Shown in pieces: positions 54,075 through 63,187 of a stretch of DNA of 64,000 nt. How positions within the stretch are numbered: position 1 is the stretch's first letter; each line of letters begins with the position of its first letter. Position numbers and translations under genes: made by a program. The stretch spans positions 36,474-100,473 of the forward strand of contig JAGGVJ010000040.1 of the NCBI GenBank assembly GCA_021158055.1, in the 5' to 3' direction. This DNA comes from Candidatus Iainarchaeum sp. Lineage in GTDB: Archaea; Iainarchaeota; Iainarchaeia; JAGGVJ01. The notes under the pieces were generated by a model. It was not told the DNA's origin and made no database searches. It saw nothing but the letters and a program-made list of their open reading frames with translations.

Positions 54075-55097
54075 CTATGAATCACCTTTGTCAACCACTT
54101 TTTTTACTGTCACGCCAACACTTTCAAAACCAAAATCAATGTTTTTCCCGCCGCACCTTTCAATTGCATCAATCACTTTGTTTCTTGTGCCTTCCGCGCA
54201 GACAAACAAAATACAGCCCCCGCCGCCGGCGCCAAGCGGCTTTGATGCAATCGCGCCGTTTTTTTCCGCGTTGTCAATTATTGCCTTCATCTTTGAAGTG
54301 ACAACTTCTTCAGCAAGTTTTTCCCTGTAAAACGCTTCCTGCTTAATGCAGCGAACCATCGTGTCAAATTCCTCGTTTTCCAGCGCGTATTTCAAACCGC
54401 ACCCCGCATCATTTATTCCGGCCATACTGTCTTTGGCGCCGTTCCTGGCTTCCATGTAATTTTTAATCATATTCCAGTTGTTTGCAGCAGAAAAACGACT
54501 GTCCCCCGTAAAACACAAAACAAAACAGTCACAAAGTTTGTTCTTGAACCCGTCGGAAATTTTCAGTTCCTCCAGCCGTTCACCTTCAACCCCAAGATGA
54601 ATCGCGTTAATTTTTCCATACGTTGCAGCAAAATAATCCTGTTTTCCCGTGTTCACGGATATTTCCTGCGCTTCAATGTTACTTAACACATCAATTATCC
54701 GCAGATCACCGAGGTTTTTTTCAGTGAGCCTGTTGAAAAGATGCATCAGTGATATCCCAAGGCTTGACGACGCACCCAAACCGGTTCCTGCCGGGAGCCC
54801 GATGCTTGTCTCAAGATTGAACCCGAACTCCGGCTTAAAATATTCAATTATTCTTGTCACCAGCCCAAGCTCGTCGTGCTTCAGCTCAAACAGATTTTCT
54901 GATTCAACTGATTTACTGTTGTCTTTTGAAAAAATCCTGATTTTCTTGTCTTTCCGGATCTCAAGCCTTGACTCTGCCCTGATGCTTATTGCCGCGTTCA
55001 CTGTTACAGCGCCATTTTCCAGGACATATATCGGCCAGATATCCAGTGTTCCCCCTGCCAGATCCAATCTTGTGGGAGCGCTTGCCACATATGTCAT
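54075..55097 (-). CDS. GHMP-family anomeric sugar kinase (HddA/fucokinase-like)
   Basis: APTRLDLAGGTLD, PAGTGLGASSS, TGKQDY, KPLGAGGGGC; likely start MTYVAS. Confidence 0.88.
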   Translation of the reverse strand: MTYVASAPTRLDLAGGTLDIWPIYVLENGAVTVNAAISIRAESRLEIRKDKKIRIFSKDNSKSVESENLFELKHDELGLVTRIIEYFKPEFGFNLETSIGLPAGTGLGASSSLGISLMHLFNRLTEKNLGDLRIIDVLSNIEAQEISVNTGKQDYFAATYGKINAIHLGVEGERLEELKISDGFKNKLCDCFVLCFTGDSRFSAANNWNMIKNYMEARNGAKDSMAGINDAGCGLKYALENEEFDTMVRCIKQEAFYREKLAEEVVTSKMKAIIDNAEKNGAIASKPLGAGGGGCILFVCAEGTRNKVIDAIERCGGKNIDFGFESVGVTVKKVVDKGDS

Positions 55098-55137
55098 GAA
55101 CCCGCTGTTTACCGGCCCCGCCCCAGCCAAGGCACAA

Positions 55138-55689
55138 TCATCCATCATTCCTGTTTTTCCTTGCATTGTCCAATTCACTCTTCCTTGCAATCATTACGAC
55201 TTCGTTCTCGTTTTTTTCACTGTCCTCGTAAAAACCCGGTATTTCTGCAGAAAGCCGCGCGCCAAGAGTTTTCAGGTATAACTTCTGGGCGTAATTGTTG
55301 TTGCCGGTCATCACATAAACCAGTTTTATGCTCCTGCCTTCTTCCTGCATTTGTTTTTCAAGCCTGTCAAGGGAAAAGTCAATCAGCTGCGTTGCTATTC
55401 CCTGCCCCTGCATCTTTGGATCAATTCCTATCTGCTCAAGTTCAACAACTGCTTTTGGCCTGATTCCGCCGTGCTCAACCCACCTGATATAGCCGATAAC
55501 ATCATTGCCTTTTTTTGCAGCCCAATGCTGCATTACCGGGGGGTTATTCCAGGCTTCAAACAAGATTTTCCGCTCGCGGACTGTTGTTGCATCGTCCTGA
55601 AAACACAATTCATGTATCCTCACAAGGCCATCCATTAAATCACAGGATATTTCTTTTCCCGGTCTGATCACTTCAAAATCCATGCCCAT
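55138..55689 (-). CDS. GNAT family N-acetyltransferase
   Basis: LEQIGIDPKMQGQGIATQLI acetyl-CoA motif A; N..AQKLY. Confidence 0.88.
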   Translation of the reverse strand: MGMDFEVIRPGKEISCDLMDGLVRIHELCFQDDATTVRERKILFEAWNNPPVMQHWAAKKGNDVIGYIRWVEHGGIRPKAVVELEQIGIDPKMQGQGIATQLIDFSLDRLEKQMQEEGRSIKLVYVMTGNNNYAQKLYLKTLGARLSAEIPGFYEDSEKNENEVVMIARKSELDNARKNRNDG

Positions 55690-55837
55690 ATCCTTACCCT
55701 GTTTCCTGCACTGGTTTCAGCCACTATCACTCAAAAATATGAGGCTTGCGATATTTAAATACCTATAAAAAAAATTTTTAATGGCTTATCAAATTTCTTT
55801 TACTATCAAATTCTTTGTTGTTTTTCAGTGATTTGCT

Positions 55838-56947
55838 TTACTCAATAATCTGCTTTACCGCTGCAATAATCAAACTGTAATCCCCCGCATGCAAAACATC
55901 TACAAACGGCAGACCTTTTTCCCTGCAAAAATCGTGCGCTTCAGTGCCGCACTGCGGGAAAAAAATCGTGTTCCGGTCATAAAAGATATCCCCTTTTTTG
56001 TCCCCCGTGTTTGTAAGTATGAATTCTTTTGAGCCAAAAACTTTTTCCGCCATTTCCTGTGCCGCAATTTCTTTTGACACCTTTGGCCCGCAATTATAGG
56101 AAATGTCAAAACAAAAATCATCGTTTAACTGCGCTGTCCAGTTTTTCGAAACGTGTTGTTTTGAAAACTCTGCCAAGTCTTCCATGCAAAAATCCTGCCT
56201 GTCACTTGAGTCGCGCCAAAGCGCAATTTTGCCGTTAACTGTTTCAAGCCTGACTGAATTAAGAGGGTATTTTTTTGTCAAAACATTGTCCATTATGGCA
56301 ACATTTTCCGGCGAGGGTTCAAACAATATCCTGTTGTTTTCAAACCCAAAACTTTTGTTCTGCTTTACCGCGTCAAAAAGCATTTTTGTTGTGGCGCTGT
56401 TTTTTTCCACAAAAAAATGATTCAAAAGGTCCCCCCTGTTTTTTCCGTCTGCCTCAACGTACACACAGGCAATCCGGCTTGACAGATTTCCCTGCCAGGC
56501 AAGTTTCAACCCCTGTTCTGCGGCATCCAGATAAACCCTTTGCTTCATTTCAAGCATTTTTTCAAAGTCAATCGGGCACACAAACTCAAACTCCCCGTCG
56601 AGCTCATACATTGCGCCTGACTCGGCAACTATGTCCATGCCCGGGATTCCAAGGTGAATGTCCCTGAAATGCTTTATTGTATAATAATCCCATGCAGAAA
56701 GAATTGACTTGCGCACTTTTTCATGCTGCAAAGCAAGAACTCCTCTTTGAACATGGGCAAGCGGAAAAAGAAAAGAGTCAGACGTAAGTGTCATCGGCCC
56801 GTTTATGTCATAGCCGACCATCATCGGAAGTTTTAAATCCAAACCCTTTTTTTCCGCAATCCTGACTGTCTCTTTTGCCTTGTCAAGAACATACCGGTCT
56901 GTAAGAAACGCTTCAAACGCGACTCTTTTGATGAAATTTGATAACAT
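55838..56947 (-). CDS. Divergent HAD-superfamily (C2-cap-like) phosphatase/mutase
   Basis: VGYDINGPMT (motif I-like), LSAW, VAESGA, SKE, TNTGDKKGDI (motif IV-like). Confidence 0.55.
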   Translation of the reverse strand: MLSNFIKRVAFEAFLTDRYVLDKAKETVRIAEKKGLDLKLPMMVGYDINGPMTLTSDSFLFPLAHVQRGVLALQHEKVRKSILSAWDYYTIKHFRDIHLGIPGMDIVAESGAMYELDGEFEFVCPIDFEKMLEMKQRVYLDAAEQGLKLAWQGNLSSRIACVYVEADGKNRGDLLNHFFVEKNSATTKMLFDAVKQNKSFGFENNRILFEPSPENVAIMDNVLTKKYPLNSVRLETVNGKIALWRDSSDRQDFCMEDLAEFSKQHVSKNWTAQLNDDFCFDISYNCGPKVSKEIAAQEMAEKVFGSKEFILTNTGDKKGDIFYDRNTIFFPQCGTEAHDFCREKGLPFVDVLHAGDYSLIIAAVKQIIE

Positions 56948-57013
56948 TTGTCCACCTTGCCTGATTATTTGATTACCTGAATTATCTGATCACCTGTTCA
57001 CTTAAACTTCAAC

Positions 57014-58786
57014 TTATCTGACAGTCACACTCTTTGCAAGGTTTCGCGGGAAATCCGGGTCGCAACCGCGAAGCAATGCAAGCTGATAAGCAACTATCTG
57101 CATGGGGATAATCTGCACCACCGGATTGAAAACCCCCGCTTCAGGCACTTTTATGAAAAAATCAAAAACATCGTTGTTCTTTGGCCCGACACCGATCAAA
57201 AAAGCCCCCCTTGATTTCACTTCCATTGCATTGTTCATGGTCGCTTTTTCAGTCTCTTCCGAAACAAAAACAATGTACGGCATTCCGTCTGTTATCAGCG
57301 CGTTTGCCCCGTGCTTCAACTCACCTGCTGCAAATGCTTCTGTGTGAATGTATGAAACCTCTTTTATCTTGTGAGCCGCTTCAAGCGCAGTCGGGTACTG
57401 CAGGCCGCGCCCGATCAAAAAAAGATGCTCCTGGTCTTTCAGCTTTTCAGCCAGGCCATTCACAAACCCCCTTGCATTTTCAGAGGTCAGATAACTGATC
57501 TGCCTCGGGACATCCCTGAGCTTTTCAATGCCCTCATCTATCCTGCCGTCAACAGCGTATGCAAGCAGCACAAATATCGCAAGCTGTGAAGTATATGCTT
57601 TTGTGGAATTGACCGCCATCTCCGGACCCGCGCCCTGCAAAATCACCTTGTCTGACTCCCTCGCAAGCGACGAGCCCACCACATTTGTTACGGACACGAC
57701 TTTCGCGCCCTTTGATTTTGCAATCCTTATCGCCGAAAGAGTGTCAGCTGTTTCCCCGCTTTGCGAAACCGCAAAAATCATGCTTTCACTGTCTAAAAAC
57801 TTGAAAAAGTGGTGAAACTCGGACGCCACGCAAAAATCAACATGGACACCTGCAATCTTTGAAAACAGATACACCCCGTGCATACAGCCGTAAGAAGCAG
57901 TGCCGCATGCCACAACATAAACTTTTTTTGCCTTTGCTATCTCAACTGCAACCTCAAGAATTGTGCCCATGTCTTTTTTGGAAAGATCTTCAAGAACACG
58001 GGCCTGCTCAAATACTTCTTTCAGGTAAAAATGCTCAAAGTTTCCTTTTTTCGCTTCTTCCGCACTCCAGTCAAGGCCTGTCACAGGCCGGTCAACAAAA
58101 CGGTTTTTATCAAGGTTGAATATGCTAAAGCCGTCGTCTATCACAACCATGTCATTTTCCTCAAGAAAAATTGCATTTTTGCTGTGGTCAAGAAACCCTG
58201 TTACATCAGATGACACAAAATACTCACCGTCCGCTTCACCGACCCCGACAACAAGAGGGGCTTCTTTTCGCAGGGCGACCATCTTCCCGTCCTCGTGCAG
58301 TGCAACAACCGCGTACTGGCCTTCAAGTAACCCGAACGATTGTTTCACTGCCCGCGTAAAATCAAGGCCTTTCTGCATCTGGTACTCAATCATCTTCGGA
58401 ATTACCTCGCTGTCAGTTTCGGACTGGAACACAAACCCTTTTCCTTCAAGAAAACGCTTTTGCTCTAAAAAATTTTCTATTATCCCGTTGTGAACAACAG
58501 ATATCTTCCCGTCGCCTGACAGGTGCGGGTGGGCGTTTTCCTTTTTCGCGCCGCCGTGAGTCGCCCATCTTGTGTGGCCGATTCCTTTTTTTCCAGGAAC
58601 CGAATCAAAACTGTGTGTTTTTCCAAACTCCCTGACCTTCAACAAATCTTTTTTTGTGTGAAGTTTATTTTCGTAAAGCACACTCACTCCGCACGAATCA
58701 TAACCCCTGTACTCAAGGTTTTTCAGGCCGTTCAGCAAGATAGGCACCGCTTCTTTTTCACCGCTGTATCCTATTATTCCACACAT
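57014..58786 (-). CDS. glmS: Glutamine-fructose-6-phosphate transaminase (isomerizing)
   Basis: MCGIIG, EYRGYDS, GHTRWATHG, SQSGETADT, ELKHG, PRNLAKSVTV. Confidence 0.97.
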   Translation of the reverse strand: MCGIIGYSGEKEAVPILLNGLKNLEYRGYDSCGVSVLYENKLHTKKDLLKVREFGKTHSFDSVPGKKGIGHTRWATHGGAKKENAHPHLSGDGKISVVHNGIIENFLEQKRFLEGKGFVFQSETDSEVIPKMIEYQMQKGLDFTRAVKQSFGLLEGQYAVVALHEDGKMVALRKEAPLVVGVGEADGEYFVSSDVTGFLDHSKNAIFLEENDMVVIDDGFSIFNLDKNRFVDRPVTGLDWSAEEAKKGNFEHFYLKEVFEQARVLEDLSKKDMGTILEVAVEIAKAKKVYVVACGTASYGCMHGVYLFSKIAGVHVDFCVASEFHHFFKFLDSESMIFAVSQSGETADTLSAIRIAKSKGAKVVSVTNVVGSSLARESDKVILQGAGPEMAVNSTKAYTSQLAIFVLLAYAVDGRIDEGIEKLRDVPRQISYLTSENARGFVNGLAEKLKDQEHLFLIGRGLQYPTALEAAHKIKEVSYIHTEAFAAGELKHGANALITDGMPYIVFVSEETEKATMNNAMEVKSRGAFLIGVGPKNNDVFDFFIKVPEAGVFNPVVQIIPMQIVAYQLALLRGCDPDFPRNLAKSVTVR

Positions 58787-58989
58787 GTTTTCACTTCAGT
58801 TCTCAATCCCATTGCTCCAAAAAGCGTTTGCAATCCGTCCTTTAATCCTATTCTTTAATCTGACAAAATTCAATAAATGGAACTGCCTATTTATACGAAT
58901 ATTAAAAAAATTTTAGTAGGTTTATAAGAAAATTTATATACATTAAAATTGAATTATGGTACTGCACAAAACAAAAAAACGGTGAAAAA
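58787..58989. promoter_or_regulatory. Divergent promoter region between glmS and the regulator
   Basis: AT-rich with TTTATAA and TTTATATA TATA-like boxes. Confidence 0.5.
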
Positions 58990-59922
58990 ATGTCCAAATG
59001 GGTTGTTGAACACAAAGAAGGAAACACTTTCAGCTTGCCTGCAAAACACATTGACCCGCAAAACGCAAGAAAAGCACTTTCGCCGCTTGCATGGAAAATA
59101 GTATCACTCATCGCGAAAAAACCGATGTACCCTGCTGAAATTGCAAAACACATGAAAATCCACGAACAAAAAGTGTATTACCACATACGAAACCTTGAAA
59201 AGTCAAGGATAATAAGCGTGGTAAAGCGCGAGAACATAAACGGGGTCATCGCAAAATTTTATGACGTGGACAGCCCTGCCTTTATTCTCACGTTAAAGGA
59301 AATGGAAAAAACCTATAAGATCCCTTCAACAACAAACGACTTTTTTCACCCGTTCATCAAAGACGGAAAACTTGAAAGCTTCATTGTGATCGGGAGCCAG
59401 GACTCCCACGGGCCTGAAAAAGCAAGGGCAAAAGACGCCCCCTCGGCAATTAATCTGGGCTTGTTCCTGGGGTGTTTTCTGGGTTACGTCCCGCCCCTCT
59501 CCGTAAAATTCGACACTGACCTGAAAGAAAGCGACTTGAAAAACAACCTCATACTCATCGGGGGGCCCGCCGTAAACAAAGTGGTCGAAAAAGTAAACGA
59601 TTCCCTCCCTGTAAGATTCACAAAAGACAAAAATTCAAATTTTTACTCAAAAATACACTCAACCCTGTCAGGAAAAGAATACTTAAGCGAAGACACGGGG
59701 ATTATCGTAAAATCCAAAAACCCTTTTGACAAATCCAAATCATTGCTTGTTCTCGCAGGGCGACGAAACCGCGGCACTGAAACAGTAATACTTGCCTTGA
59801 TGAAATACTTTGGCAAAATCAGCATTGGAAACAGTTTCAAAAAAAGCGTTTTTGCAAAAGTTGTTGAAGGCATTGACGCCGACTCGGACGGGACCATAGA
59901 TTCCGTGGAAATACTCGAATAA
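58990..59922 (+). CDS. ArsR-like winged-HTH regulator with C-terminal NLILIGGPxVN (S-layer-C-like) domain
   Basis: ALSPLAWKIV..KKPMYPAEIAK..EQKVYYHIRNLEKS; IVIGS..HGP; NLILIGGPAVN; KNPF; LAG. Confidence 0.82.
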   Translation: MSKWVVEHKEGNTFSLPAKHIDPQNARKALSPLAWKIVSLIAKKPMYPAEIAKHMKIHEQKVYYHIRNLEKSRIISVVKRENINGVIAKFYDVDSPAFILTLKEMEKTYKIPSTTNDFFHPFIKDGKLESFIVIGSQDSHGPEKARAKDAPSAINLGLFLGCFLGYVPPLSVKFDTDLKESDLKNNLILIGGPAVNKVVEKVNDSLPVRFTKDKNSNFYSKIHSTLSGKEYLSEDTGIIVKSKNPFDKSKSLLVLAGRRNRGTETVILALMKYFGKISIGNSFKKSVFAKVVEGIDADSDGTIDSVEILE

Positions 59923-60129
59923 CCGGCAAACACTCTCTCCCCAAAATAACTCAAATCAAAACATTATTTCAAAAAATTAATAAATGCGTTTGAATTTACT
60001 TATTATGTCAATCAATTAATATAATTGATTTAATTAACATAATTGACTAATATGTAACTACATGAACCAATTACCTAATTAACTCAAATCAACTTTATTG
60101 CCCTGGATTTTTTTATTGTCGGTGAACTG

Positions 60130-61143
60130 ATGGCAAAAAATAAAAAAACAAACTCAAACCAAAAACAAGCTGCAAAAACAACCGTGTCCGATTCCGGCCA
60201 GGATGAAAACACTGAAAACGACAAAACCGACATTAAAAGATGCGTTATCGGTCTTGTGCGCCTTACCCGCCCGATTGAGTGGAGCAAAACTTTCCTGAAC
60301 ATGATTTTTGGCGCAGTGTTTGCAATTTCCGGACTCGGTATCGTGTTTGCAATTTCCGAACTGCCAAACCTGTTGCTGTTTCTCTGGGGTTTCATCATAA
60401 CAGGACCCTTGCTCTGGGGCGGCCAGTACATGTTAAACGACTGGACTGACCGCGAAAAGGACAAGCTTCACCCCACAAAGAAAAAACGCGCCATTCCAGG
60501 CGGAGCAGTTCCTGCAAAAATTGCGCTTTTCTCTTCACTGCTTTTGATATTCACGGCGCTTGCGCTTTCATCAACAGTCAACTTGTTTTTCTTCGCCGTG
60601 CTTTTGCTTATGTTTGCAAACCAAAGCCTTTACACCCTTCCGCCGTTCAGGTTCAAGGAAAGAAAAATCGTCGACCTGATTTCAGGAAGCGTGATGAACC
60701 CGCTTTTCAGGTTCCTTGCAGGCTGGAGCCTTTTCTCCCCTGCTATTTCACTTGAAAACCTTGCAAGCGTTCCGTGGATTATTGTCGCAATGTTCGTGCT
60801 CATGCAATTTGGCGGCTACACGCTTTACAGGATGAGCGGGAGAAAAATCGAGGAAAAACTCGGTTACAAAAGCTCTGTCGTTGCAATAAAACGAAAAAAA
60901 GTGCTTTCCCTTGCATACTCAAGCCTTGCTCTCGGAATTTCCCTGTTTGCGGTTTCGTGCATCATCGGGCCCCTCAAACCCCACTTTCTGGCTCTTTTGC
61001 TGCTCGCGGTTCCCATAGCTCCTTTCATGCTTAAATCTGCCAAAAACCCTGAAGAAGTCAACATAGAAAAAGCATATTACGTGCTTTATATTCCCGCAGT
61101 GATATTCATAATCGCTTTTCTTGCACTCTACCTTTTAACCTAA
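60130..61143 (+). CDS. UbiA-superfamily prenyltransferase/phosphoribosyltransferase
   Basis: LTRPIEWSK, YMLNDWTDREKDKLHPTKKKRAIPGG, YTLPPFRFK; multi-TM. Confidence 0.85.
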   Translation: MAKNKKTNSNQKQAAKTTVSDSGQDENTENDKTDIKRCVIGLVRLTRPIEWSKTFLNMIFGAVFAISGLGIVFAISELPNLLLFLWGFIITGPLLWGGQYMLNDWTDREKDKLHPTKKKRAIPGGAVPAKIALFSSLLLIFTALALSSTVNLFFFAVLLLMFANQSLYTLPPFRFKERKIVDLISGSVMNPLFRFLAGWSLFSPAISLENLASVPWIIVAMFVLMQFGGYTLYRMSGRKIEEKLGYKSSVVAIKRKKVLSLAYSSLALGISLFAVSCIIGPLKPHFLALLLLAVPIAPFMLKSAKNPEEVNIEKAYYVLYIPAVIFIIAFLALYLLT

Positions 61144-61183
61144 CTTCAAAACAACCGGCTGAATAACCAACACAACCAATCAG

Positions 61184-62632
61184 CTAATTGTTTCCTGCAT
61201 ACACTGAAACAAAGCGTTTTCCGCACGATGCAGCATAAATTCCGCTGAGGGCTTTTTGCGGCGCACTGCATTCCTCAAACCCCCTGTGGTCAAATACCTT
61301 GTTCAGGTTTGGGTTTTTTGAAAATGCTGTCGTGTCAAAATACGCCTGGTTCTCGTCGTCAACTATCACAAAACCGATGTCGTTTTCAGCCAGCTTGTCT
61401 TGCGGGTGCACGCCCCCTGAAAGAAGCAGAGAAAAGTTTTCCTGCCAGTTGCTGTGTTCCGGAATGCATTCAAAAAACAATGCAAGCACCGGAACTTTTC
61501 CCGTGTGCTGGAGGAAAGCAGAACTCAGGTTCGGATCCATCAGTCCCTTGCCTGAAAGCTTTGCCGCGTAATCAAACGCGTCGAAATCATAATCACTAAC
61601 CCTTGGATTCAGCACCTGGGTGGAATGCAAAAGAGCCGCGACAAAAAACAGGATTATTATGAACGCAAAGTATTTCCTGAACACTTTTTTTGAAAACGAA
61701 ACCGCTATCAAGTAAGCGAAAGCAATTGAAATGAGCATTACGTGTTCCCACGGGTGAAAAACTGATGCCAGCGGAAAAGACGCGACCCCGGCAAACGAAA
61801 CCACTGCAAGCGCAACCCAGACAATTCCTTCCCCTTCAACTTTCAGTTTCCCTGACGCAACTGCAACTGCAAGAGGCACGAAAACCAGTGAAACCACAAC
61901 AAAAAGAATTGGCATGAAAGAAGAATTCAAAACAGAAAGAGAACTGTTTCCGACTGTAATGTCAAGGCAGCCGGAACCTGCCAGAACAGACAAAGCCACC
62001 CAAGGGGCTGCCACGGCAAAGGCTGTTGCCGTGAAAATTGATGCCTGCCTGAAAGTGGCTTGTTTCTTTGCAACCAGGTACATTAAGTAAGCAATCAGAA
62101 CAATTGCAAAAAGCGCGGCTGAAAAATAATTTGTCAAAAACCACACGCCAAGTAAAAACCCGCTCAACGCAAACCTTTTGAGCCGTAACAACAACAGCAT
62201 CGCCGGAAGAAAAAGAAAAGCCATGTTTTGCGGGCTGTCAAAAGACGCGTCAATGAAACCAGGGGAAACCGCAATCAAAAAAGCAGCAAGAATTGCAATA
62301 CTCCAGTTTTTCCTGTATATAAGTGCAAAGAGCGCGATGAAAATCACATTGAACAGCGGGTTGATGAACCCTGCCAGCGACTCAAGGGAAAACCCTGTCA
62401 AATAATGGAGCTGCACCAAAAACACATGGTAAAGCGGGGGGTAAATGTGAGGTCTCCCCTCAAGCGCCGGGTCCCATTTCAGAACCGCCTGGCTTGATAT
62501 TGTTTCCTGCGCAATTCTCAAGTGATAGTAAGAATCATACTGCATTAAAGTTGAATTGGTTGCGATCGGGTAAAAGCGCAGGAACAACGCAATCAGAATC
62601 ACTGCTGCAAAAACAACAAGCTTTTTTTTCAT
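61184..62632 (-). CDS. GT-C fold (STT3/PMT-like) membrane glycosyltransferase-like protein
   Basis: LFLRF, YDSYYHLRIA, GRPHIYPPLYH; about 11-13 TMs and a C-terminal soluble domain. Confidence 0.72.
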   Translation of the reverse strand: MKKKLVVFAAVILIALFLRFYPIATNSTLMQYDSYYHLRIAQETISSQAVLKWDPALEGRPHIYPPLYHVFLVQLHYLTGFSLESLAGFINPLFNVIFIALFALIYRKNWSIAILAAFLIAVSPGFIDASFDSPQNMAFLFLPAMLLLLRLKRFALSGFLLGVWFLTNYFSAALFAIVLIAYLMYLVAKKQATFRQASIFTATAFAVAAPWVALSVLAGSGCLDITVGNSSLSVLNSSFMPILFVVVSLVFVPLAVAVASGKLKVEGEGIVWVALAVVSFAGVASFPLASVFHPWEHVMLISIAFAYLIAVSFSKKVFRKYFAFIIILFFVAALLHSTQVLNPRVSDYDFDAFDYAAKLSGKGLMDPNLSSAFLQHTGKVPVLALFFECIPEHSNWQENFSLLLSGGVHPQDKLAENDIGFVIVDDENQAYFDTTAFSKNPNLNKVFDHRGFEECSAPQKALSGIYAASCGKRFVSVYAGNN

Positions 62633-62753
62633 GGAAACTATATGCCGGCAGGAATATAATATTTAATGGGTTACAGTTGCACCTGAAACAGGAAAATCAA
62701 AGCAAAAACCAAAAATTAAAACAAAAACCAAAGAACTAAGTGGAAACAGGCAA

Positions 62754-63053
62754 CTAAACCGGAAAAACAGAAACTGCCTTTGTCCTGAAAACGTGACCTG
62801 CCAGGCCGATTATCACAAGCGCCAGTGCAACCCCCACGCTTGACACATAATCTATCGGAACTCCCGCAACCTGGTTCAGCAAAAGCATCAGAAAAGGCAT
62901 GAACGCAACTGAAAAAGCAAAAGAGAAAACTACCCGTTCAGGCAAGGCAAGCTCTTCTTTTTTTGGAAAAAACGCAAGGCTCAAAAAGTACCCCGGGACA
63001 AGAAGCACTGCAAAAAGAATTGTTGTACCGACTGCAAGTTCTAAAACACCCAT
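62754..63053 (-). CDS. DUF1616-like small membrane protein
   Basis: LVPGYFLSLAFFPKK..L..PERVVFSFAFS. Confidence 0.75.
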   Translation of the reverse strand: MGVLELAVGTTILFAVLLVPGYFLSLAFFPKKEELALPERVVFSFAFSVAFMPFLMLLLNQVAGVPIDYVSSVGVALALVIIGLAGHVFRTKAVSVFPV

Positions 63054-63187
63054 TTTTTCACCTTTACCTATATTTACCTATATGTTGATTTAAACAAACT
63101 AAAAATACTTTTTCATGCATTTATTTGTTTCTTTAAAACTTTCAATTTGTAAAACATTTTTGATTGCAGAACCTGCTGTTTCTAAAA

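Noticed and set aside
55098-55190. N-terminal extensions of the GHMP kinase, and similarly at 26115, 29758, 49878 and 51877
   Set aside because: They overlap neighbours or promoters; downstream starts have SD motifs and match family N-termini
23864-58786. Inteins in the ATPases or GlmS
   Set aside because: Extra length is N-terminal, and no C/S...HN-C/S/T splice junctions interrupt the motifs
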